Origin: Octopus bimaculoides
Lineage: Eukaryota
Assembly (NCBI RefSeq): GCF_001194135.2
Contig: NC_068981.1
Location: 145,451,287 to 145,510,798, forward strand
Direction: 5' to 3'
Length of the DNA: 59,512 nt
Shown: one piece after another, positions 50,363 to 59,512 of the stretch
Layout of the letters: each line of letters opens with the position of its first letter
Numbering within the stretch: the first letter of the stretch is position 1
The notes under the pieces: model-generated
The model's input: only the letters and a program-made list of their open reading frames with translations
What the model was told of the DNA's origin: nothing
The model's database searches: none
Made by a program: the position numbers and the translations under genes

Positions 50363-51885
50363 CCTTGCATCCATTAAATCACAGATTAAGAATTCTTTTG
50401 CACAGATACTGTGTAATGGAAGCAACATTTTACTCCTTCATCACAACAAATTAATTTTGTTCTTCGTTATAAGTTGGTATGGTATGTAAGTGCATCTATA
50501 ACATGTTTGGATGTGTGTGCTTATTTGAATTACATTGTTTGTGTACTTGTTACACTTTTGAATATTGTATGAACATGGGTGTGTGTGTCTATATATATCA
50601 ACTGTATGTGTGTGTGTGTTGAAGATTTGTTGATTGTTATAATGATTTCTTAAACAAAAGGCTTAAAATTTTTGTGAGGGTGTTAGTCAATTACATTGAC
50701 TCCAGTGCTTAACTGATGCTCATTTTATTGACCCTGAAAAGATTAAAGGCAAAGTTGACCTCAGCTGTATTTGAACTCCAAATGTAAAAGCTGGAAGAAA
50801 CGCTGCTAAACATTTTATCTGGCATGATAAGGATTCTGCCAGCTCACCGCATTATAATAGTACCAGCAATCGCAAGATCATAATCTCAATTCCCAGACCA
50901 GACTATGCATTGTGTTCTTGAGCAAGATACTTCATTTTACATTGCTCCTGTTCACCAAGTTGTAAATGGGTAATCTTGTGATTGATTAGCATACAAGGAT
51001 GAGATGGTGACTCAAGAAAATTACCTGAATGGAGGTCTTGTGAGCCACATTTTTTATTCAGCAATAAAAAGGATGAATAGTACAGCCCATACTGTGAATC
51101 CAAATTGGTTGGGATTGGTTGTTGAACTACATCAAGAGATAAATAAATAAAAATGTACATGGGCCAACATTAGAAAATCTTACATAGTTAATGAAGCAAT
51201 TTGGTGTTTTGCCTTTTATTTTTATCTTTGTTGCAACTCATCCTTCTTGTCATTCCTGTACTTTCTGTAGTTTGGAGAGAAGGACATTGCAGAAAGAATT
51301 TCAGTGTTCAGGACTAACATTGACCAAGAGGCTGAAGATGGTCTCAAAATATTTGCCATTTTCTGACACTATCAGGGCTATCAAAATCATGACCAAGTTT
51401 TTGAAAACCTTCTGTAGAAAGTTGTACACAATACTTCTGGTTTTCTTTCATGTATAGATTGAGATAGATCAAGTTAGCAGCTGAGAAAGGGACTTCTGGT
51501 AGCTGCTCACATATCACAGTATAAGCAATTTCATTTCTGTCTCAAGTTTATATTCCTTGTTGTTGCACGAAGTAGAATCAGTATTGCAATGATGTTTTTG
51601 TATACTGTCAACTTAACATGACAGTCCCAATAAGGGAATCATACTACTGCTATTTAGCCCTAGGAAGCTGGACCGCTTCCTGTTGGCCTTGACACATTTC
51701 CTGTGTCCTTATGTTTACGAGGGGGAGACAAGCACCTCCACCCAGCCTAGCCTGCATCCAGGGATATGTTTCTGAGTTTTTGCTTGTCATCAGCCTGGAG
51801 TAGCATGACTTGCTGGCTGAAGATGCCTGTCAAGCTCTCGTAAACATATAGTAATTCTAGTGAAACACATTCACTGATTACAAAG

Positions 51886-52041
51886 TTAGAAATGATACAT
51901 TTCTAAATCTCTCAGAGACTTAAGCAGTAGTGATACGATAAAGTAGTTGGGACTGTCACGTTAAGTTGACAGTATACAACTACTTTATCATATCACTACT
52001 GCTTAAGTCTCTCAGAAATTTAGAAATGTTATTATTTCTAA
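51886..52041. repeat. ~73-bp-arm near-perfect hairpin with an 8-nt loop
   Basis: catttctaaatctctcagagacttaagcagtagtgatacgataaagtagttgggactgtca [cgttaagt] tgacagtatacaactactttatcatatcactactgcttaagtctctcagaaatttagaaatg. Confidence 0.9.
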
Positions 52042-52275
52042 TAATGTTTTTGTTTACAGTTAATCAATATATTTCCAAAAACTTTCTAACAAATGTCATA
52101 GTTATTAAAACCACCTCTGACACCTATTTACAGTTGCTGGATGTATTCAAATTATATTTTATTGTAGATTTTCCATTTTCATTTTCTCATATAGTTTATA
52201 AAAAATAAACTGGATAAACTCATTAAAGAGGTTTTCTTTTTTTTTTTCTTCTTTTTTCTTTTTTCTTTTTTCTAG

Positions 52276-52377
52276 GAAGAACAACTGAAGAAATTAATTA
52301 CAAAAGCTCATAAGTCAATAACGCAGTATAATAAGATGTGCAAATTTAAGAAGAAAACAAAATCAAGAAAACAATAA
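52276..52377 (+). CDS. FSAF1/C1orf131-like terminal exon (stop)
   Basis: Long pyrimidine tract tctag|GAA GAA CAA...AAA CAA TAA; lysine-rich; AATAAA at 52373 and 52441. Confidence 0.65.
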   Translation, partial: EEQLKKLITKAHKSITQYNKMCKFKKKTKSRKQ

Positions 52378-52809
52378 ATATATTTTTGTACATTTGATCA
52401 TGTGTTACTGGTTTTATTTGAAACATGCTCTAATTGCTGTAATAAAAACAAATATTCTAGAAATTTTAAGAATGTCATGCTAAATTTTGTGGGCACCAAT
52501 TTTCATGTCAGTGAGTTGATCTAATTTTAATATTAACGCTTTCATGCTTAAAATACTGGTTTATTTTTAAGACAGATTTGTAGAGGAAGGGAATAATAAT
52601 GCTGTGAGAGAAAACAAAAACAAAAGTGATCTCCCTGTGCAGCGCCTTGGGAAAGTGTCTTCTAACATAAACTCAGTGTATGTATATGGCTTTTGACTAT
52701 CTATATTTGTGTGAAAACCAATAAATCTGTTCAGACAAATACCTTGTGGAATATATTTCACATAAGTTGCAAGCACCTACCCACCATAACAGAATTGATA
52801 TTCTAAAAC

Positions 52810-53660
52810 CAAGGTGCCACATAAAGAGCATTGGTGTTGGTGCCACGTAAAAAGCACTGGTGTTGGTGCCACATAAAAAGTGCTGGTGCCATGTAAAAAG
52901 CATGTGCTGTGTAAGAAGCACCCAGTACCTTCTGTAAAGTGGTTGGCTTTAGGAAGGGCATCCAGCTGTAGAAACCAAGTCAAAACAATATGGAGCCTGG
53001 TGTGGACTCGCCTTGCCAATTCCTGTCGAGTCATCGAACCCATATCAGCATGGAAAACAGATGTTTGAAGATGATGATGAGGGTACAAAGAAATTCCCAT
53101 CAGTCTTGCAGTCAGAAAGGCTGTAAATTAGTGATTAACCTGTTGTAATCAAAATGACATTATTGTTCACAAAAGGCATAATATAGAAAAACAACTAATA
53201 AATATAGAGGTGCTGGTGTTGCTATGTGGTAAGAAGCTTACTTCACAACCACATGATTCCAGGTTCAGTCCCACTTTGTAGCACCTTGGGCAAGTCTCCT
53301 ATAGTCTAGGGTTGACCAAAGCCTTGTGAGTGGATTTGGTTGAAGGAAACTGAAAGAAGTTCATCATATATGTGTGTGTGTGTTTATCTTTGTGTTTGCC
53401 CCTCCACCCACTTGACAAATGATGTTGGTGTGTATTTACATCCCCATAGCTTAGTGGTTCAGCTAAAGAGACTGATAGAATAAGCACTAGGCTTAAAAAA
53501 AGAAGTACTGGGGTCAATTCAATTAACTCTCAGAAGGGCATCCAGCTATAGAAACCTTACCAAATTAGACTGGAGCCTGGTGCAGCCTCCCAGCTTGCCA
53601 GTCCTCAGTCAAACTGTCCACCCTATTGCTAGTATGGGAAGCAGATGTTAGATGATGATG
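52810..53660 (+). mobile_element. Cluster of SINE A (about 52810-53080, 53530-53660) and SINE B (about 53215-53520) copies
   Basis: Family motifs as above. Confidence 0.75.
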
Positions 53661-53801
53661 ATCTTCTTGGAAGTGTAAGTAAATATTCATCAATGTATTT
53701 TATTACTGAAGATTGATATGATAGTAAATATTTCAGTTTCGTCTAGTTTGTTGTCCTTTGACCGTTCCTTGTAAACTTCCTTGTTACCAGATAGAATTAA
53801 G

Positions 53802-54945
53802 TATGAGTGGGTGCTGAAAAGTTAATAGGCTGACTATGAAAGAGTTATGCTAGAGCTGCGAAATCTTGCATGCTCTTCTTAATAACTGTTTTGTTTCTTT
53901 CCAGGTAAACTGAAAGTCTTCTTTGAACAGACACATCTGACTGTTCAAAGAAGACTCAAAATTTGACATAATGGTGTTATCGAGCACCTGTAGAAAAAGG
54001 GTTTAGCCCCCAAAGACATTCATGCTGACATGGTTGCTACATTAGGGGCTGATACTTTAGCTTTATCAACAGTGCAAGAGTGGGCAGCTGAATTTAGGAG
54101 GGGAAGGGAGAGTCTTGATGATTATCCAAGGCCTGGACGTCCTGCAACCATCCTCACCAAGGAAAACATTGTGTTCACCACATGGTGATGGACGACAGGT
54201 GGTTGACTATAAATTAAATAGCCAATGCTATTAGCATATTCCATGAGAAAGTTGAGAATATTCTACACAATGAACTTGGCATGACAAAGTTTTCTGATTG
54301 GTGGGTGCCATGTTTTCTGATACCTGATCATAACATGGGAAAATTTGACATTGTATGAAGCAGATTCAGCTGGTTTTCTTGAATCTTTTCTAAGCCAGGA
54401 TGAGTGTTGGGTTAAGCCAGAGACAATCCATGCAGTGGAAATGCTCCTCACCTGCTTCAAAAAAGGCCAAGGTCATTTCATTTGCAATGGGCCACACCAT
54501 CATTGAAAAGTATTATGCCAACTTGCTATGGCAGTTATGAAAAGCTTTCAAGGCCAAACACCCAGGAAAACTGATGAAAGGGTCTTGTTTCATCAGGACA
54601 ATGCTACAGCACACAACTCCTTGGTTTTAATGGCTGCTATGCATGATTGTGGCTTTGAATTGGTTGATCACCCTCCGTATTCTTCTGATTTGGCCACATT
54701 TGACTATCAATTTTCCCAACATGAAAAAACACTTGGCTGGGAACCAGTATCACAGTAATCTGCTGTTGACTACTTTTTTGACCAACAGGATGAAAACGTT
54801 TTTACCAATTTGATCCAAGCACTGTAACACCAATGTAAGAAGTTTGTGGAATGTAAGGGGGACTATGTTGAAAAATAAGCCACATTTGGTCATATTCCAT
54901 GAGAGTGTCTTGGTCGGTCAATGAATCTTTCAGCCAATCCTCATA
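53802..54945 (+). mobile_element. mariner transposon, internally deleted and degenerate
   Basis: TA-flanked imperfect TIRs (tatgagtgggtgctgaaaag.. / ..tctttcagccaatcctcata); VLFHQDNATAH and HPPYSSDLATFDY are mariner catalytic motifs. Confidence 0.9.
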
Positions 54946-55882
54946 TTTTGTCTAACAGCACAATACACTATTAATAATGAAAGATATAATAAAGCTTAAC
55001 CAGTTGAATACTATGGTTGGTTAACATGAAAAATTTTTGGAATGTTTTGTACAATGCTAGATGTGATCAGATTTTAAATTTTAACAAGTGATATATTCAG
55101 TTTCAAATATTTACACATATTTACACATATTTTTCCAACAAGCAACAAGTGGTATTAAAAATACTTCTGGCACCTAATAATATTTGTTGATTATTTATTT
55201 CTAAATTAGAACCATTTATATTTTGACAGAATTCTATTAGGGATATATGCTAAATTGATAATACAACAACTGTGTTGAAGCTCATGGTAACATGATGACA
55301 ATCTAATGATAGGCTTGAGAGGGAACATCCTGAAAATGAGAACACCGGGGAAAAATGGATCAACACATTAGACATATTTATACAATGAAAAATATAAAGT
55401 GTCATCTACAAAGTAAAAATAGCAGACAAATTTCCCTCAAATCATACCAAATTTTTTTAAAAGAGAGGACACATTGGACATCTTTTAGGGCTATCTAGGA
55501 TTGTACATTGTTGAAATGTCATTGACCTGGTCCTCACCAGGGGCCAAACAACAACTGGCAGATAAATTTCTAAAGTAATGAGTGAGGATATGTTTTATTA
55601 ATTGCAAAATCTCTCCTAGTAAAAGCATGAACTTGCATGGAGAGGGATGTTTCTTTTACTTACTCAAGTAAACTGGAATAAACAGTGTTAGTTACCTTGC
55701 TATGTACAGAATGTAATGACATCTGGTCCAGTACATTCTGAGTGAGAAGACTCCACCAACCCCAAACTTCTTGTTTTCTCTCTCTCTCATACAATCAGTC
55801 ATCCAGATATAAAAATGTATTTATTATTAATGCCATTCTAACCTTGAACTATTTTTTGCTTTAGTTGCATTTTTAATTTCCC

Positions 55883-55969
55883 TAATTTATGACTCACTTC
55901 TGTTTAAAAACTGCCTCCTTTGATGTAAACAAAGGAGTCAGTTTTTAAACAGAAGTGAGTCATAAATTA
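55883..55969. repeat. 40-bp hairpin (1 mismatch, 7-nt loop) with degenerate extension to about 55853-56000
   Basis: taatttatgactcacttctgtttaaaaactgcctcctttg [atgtaaa] caaaggagtcagtttttaaacagaagtgagtcataaatta. Confidence 0.9.
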
Positions 55970-56158
55970 CATAAATTAAAAATACAACAAAAGCGGAAAA
56001 ATTTTCTTGCCCACAATGCATTTAACAACGAAAGTGTACATTGGTTTCAAATTTTTGCACAAGGCCAGTAATTTCAGGAGAGAGTATAAGTTGATCACAT
56101 TGACCTGTAATTAACAGGTACTTATCAATCCCAAAAGGATGAAAAGATGAAAGGCTTG

Positions 56159-56720
56159 ACTCATCAAGACAAGTGAAATCATAATCATGGTCATTGCCAA
56201 TGTCATGTGAATGACACTCATAAAATCATAATTGTGACCGTTGCTGGTAGTGTGATCTTCAAATGTCAGACCTCATAGAGGTGATAACAAGTGACCAAGA
56301 CCTTTCACAATCTGCTATGCTTGAGAAGACTCATCAAGCCAAGTGAAATCATAATTGTGGTCATTGCCAGAGTCATGTGAATGGCACCCGTGGAATCATA
56401 GTCGTGGTCATTACCGGAAGCATAATCTTCGAATGCTAGGTCTCACAGTGACCAAGACCGTCGGCTATATATACTGTGCTTAAGAAGATTCATCAAGCTA
56501 AGTGAAATTGTAGCTGTGGCTGTTGCTGGTGTTATGTAAATGGCAACCGTGCTGGTGGCACATACAAAGCACCCATTACACTCAGAAATGTTGCCATTAG
56601 GAAGGGCATCAAGCCAAATCAGACTGGAACTTGATGCAGCTCTCTAGCTTACCAGTTCCAGTCAAACTGTCTAACCCATGCCAGCGTGGAAAGCAGACAT
56701 TAAATGATGATGACGATGAA
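56159..56720 (+). mobile_element. SINE A copy with a 5' segment of about 160-170 bp repeated three times
   Basis: tcatcaag.caagtgaaat at about 56160, 56330 and 56490, followed by the family tail. Confidence 0.65.
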
Positions 56721-56877
56721 TGTATAGACGGCTGAAATGCCACTAAGCATTTTGCCCAGTGTGCTAACAATTCTGCCTGCTCACATACATATGATCTTAC
56801 AATGTTGATTCCAAATTTTGGCAGGTGGCTTAATATGATCTTATATTTCTGAAACATGTTCAGAGCTGCCACCAAAT

Positions 56878-59512
56878 TTGCATCAAAAATTTTCACCAAA
56901 AGTTTTCATCAAAATTTTCATCAAAAATTTTCATTAAAAATTTTGTACGAAACTAACGGAATGTAACAGAAACTAACGGAAAGTAACGGAGACTAAAGGA
57001 ATCCAACGGAAACTAACGGACAGTAACGAAAACTAACGGAATCCAACGGAAAGTAACGAAAACCAACGGAAAGTAACGGAAGCCAACGGAAAGTAACGGG
57101 AGGTAACGGAGACCAACGGAAAGTAACGGGAGGTAACGGAAACCAACGGAAAGTAACGGAAACCAACGAAAACTAACCGAAACCAACGGAAACCAACGCA
57201 AACTAACGGAAAGTAACGGAAACCAACGGAAAGTAAAGGAAAGTAACGAAAACGAACAGAAAGTAACGGAAACTATCGGAAGGTAAAGGAAAGTAAGTGT
57301 GCCATAGGACTCCCCAAATGTGCCACCCTCCGATGTTCTACCCTCTAACTGTGCGATAGGTCTCCCCAGATGTGCCACAGAACTCTGCAGATGTGCCACC
57401 CATGACGTTCCACCTTCGTAAGTGTGCCATAGGGGTCCCAAGATGTGCCACCCAGGATGTGCCACCGTCCGATGTTCTACCCTCTAACTGTGCGATAGGT
57501 CTCCCCAGATTGCCAACCTCGTATGTGTGCCATAGAGCTCCGCAGATGTGCGACCCATGACGTTCCACCTTCGTAAGTGTGCCATAGGGCTCCAAAGATT
57601 GCCACACAGGATGTGCTACCCTCTAACTAAGCCATAGGGCTCCTCAGATGTGCCACCCTTTAACTGTGCCATAGGGCTCCCCAGATGTGCCACCTCATAA
57701 GTTTGCCATAGGGTTACCCAGATGTGCCACCCTCGTAAGTGTGCCATAGGGCTCCCCATATGTGCCACCAAAGATGTGCCATACGACTCCCCATATGGGC
57801 CGCTAAAGATGTGTCACCCTCGTAAGTGTGCCATAGGGATACCCATATGTGCCGCCAAGGAAGTGCCACCCTCGTAAGTGTGCCATAGGGCTCCCCATAT
57901 GTGCCGCCAAGGATGTGCCACCCTCGTAGGTGTACCATAGCGCTCCCCATATGTGCCACTCTCGTAAGTACCCTAACCCTAAAACTAAACCTAAGCCTAA
58001 CCCTAACCGCAACTCTAAAACTAACCCTAAAACTAATCCTAACACTATCCATAACCCTAACCCTTACCCTAGCCCTTAACCCTAACCCTAACCCTATCCC
58101 TAAACCTAACCCTAAAGCTAACCCTAACCCTCACCATAACCCTAACCCTAATAAAAATTTTGAAAATTTTTAATGAAATTTTGATGAATGTTTTTATCAA
58201 AAATTTCAACAAAAATAACGGAGACTAACGGAAAGTAACGGAAACCAACGGAAAACAACGGAAAGTAACGAAAACTAACGTAAAGTAAGTGTGCCATAGG
58301 ACTCCCCAAATGTGACACCCTCCNNNNNNNNNNNNNNNNNNNNNNNNNNNNNNNNNNNNNNACTAACGGAAAGTAACGGAATCCAACGGAAAGTAACGAA
58401 AACCAACGGAAACTAACGGAAAGTAACAAAAACCAACGGAAACCAACGGAAACTAACGGAATGTAACGGAAAGTAACGGAAAGTAACGGAAAATATCGGA
58501 AGCCAACGGAAACTAACGGAAAGTAACGGAAAACAACGGAAACTAACGTAAAGTAAGTGTGCCATAGGACTCCCCAAATGTGACACCCTCCGATGTCCTA
58601 CCCTCTAACTGTGCGATAGGTCTCCCCAGATGTCCCACACTCGTATGTGTGCCATAGAGCTCCACAGATGTGCCACCCATGACGTTCCACCTTCGTAAGT
58701 GTGCCATAGGGCTCCCAAGATGTGCCACACAGGATGAGCCACACAGGATGTTCCACACAGGATGTGCCATAGGGCTCCCCAGATGTGCCACCTCGCAAGT
58801 TTGCCATAGGGTTACCCAGATGTGCCTGAAAGATGTGCCACCCTCGTAAGTGTGCCATAGGACTCCCCATATGAGACGCCAAAGAGGTGCCACCATCGTA
58901 AGTGTGCCATAGGGCTCCCCATATGAGCCGCCAAAGATGTGCCACCCTCGTAAGTNNNNNNNNNNATAGGGCTCCCCATATGAGCCGCCAAAGATGTGCC
59001 ACCCTCGTAAGTGTGCCATAGGGCTCTCCATATGTGCCGCCAAGGATGTGCCACCCTCGTAAGTGTGCCATAGGGTTCCCCATATGTGCCGCTAAGGATT
59101 TGCCACCCTCGTAGGTGTACCATAGCGCTCCCCATATGTGCCACCCTCGTAAGTACCCTAACCCTTACCCTAACCCTAAAACTAAACCTAACCCTAACCC
59201 TAACCCTAAAACTAAACCTAACCCTAACCTAACCCTAAAACTAATCCTAATCCTAACCCTAACCCTATCCATAACCCTAACCCTAAACCTAGCCCTTAAC
59301 CCTCACCCTAAACCTAACCCTATCCCTAACCCTAACCCTCACCCTAACACTAACCCTAATAAAAATTTTGAAAATTTTTGATGAAATTTTTATGAATGTT
59401 TTCATCAAAAATTTCAACAAAAATAACGGAAACTAACGGAAACTAACGAAAACTAACGGAAACCAACGGAAAGTAACGGAAACTAACGGAAAGTAAGTGT
59501 GCCATAGGACTC
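56878..59512. repeat. Composite higher-order satellite, ~1.2-kb period: AT-rich 11-12-mer, (AACGGAAA[G/C][T/C])n decamers, 52-bp GTGCCA-rich units and degenerate (CCCTAA)n
   Basis: The junction cgtaagtacccta recurs near 57964 and 59149, and aataaaaattttgaaaattttt at 58150 and 59358. The 52-bp period is visible at 57871 and 57923. The array runs off the window end. Confidence 0.92.

Noticed and set aside
57013-59381. Many 80-170-aa ORFs with repeated peptides (PNPNP, HTYEGGT, FRYFPL)
   Set aside because: Translations of the satellite subunits, with no evidence of coding function.

Overview
This is an AT-rich, repeat-dense eukaryotic window with short N-gaps. The SINE, MITE and microsatellite content looks like a coleoid cephalopod (Octopus-like); that taxon call is inference. 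Three spliced genes were rebuilt by hand from GT-AG junctions and frame continuity. (1) An NmrA-like/NMRAL1 gene (+, 5 exons, 1578-12904, 326 aa). (2) NOP58 (-, 15 exons, 29226-13048, 502 aa), tail-to-tail with the NmrA gene. (3) A C1orf131/FSAF1 (Faf1)-like SSU-processome factor (+, at least 4 exons, 34473/34483-52377), head-to-head with NOP58. NOP58 introns hold a clear SNORD70-type box C/D snoRNA (guide for the 18S Am512-equivalent site) and two further C/D candidates. The first recognisable FSAF1-like exon is preceded by a branch point and 3' splice site. Both in-frame candidate upstream exons lie inside the NOP58 transcription unit, and one shares a palindromic CATG with the NOP58 start codon. 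Mobile DNA includes Helitron, mariner, nested piggyBac/TTAA MITEs, RTE and CR1/L2-like LINE remnants, a CRE-like RLE retrotransposon remnant, a Penelope-type inverted element with hammerhead-ribozyme cores, many SINEs and several long hairpins. The window starts with a tandem array of tRNA-Trp 3'-end/PBS-like units. It ends in a ~1.2-kb higher-order satellite with degenerate telomere-like (CCCTAA)n blocks. No CRISPR array or prokaryotic system is present. SINE, LINE and some MITE boundaries are approximate.
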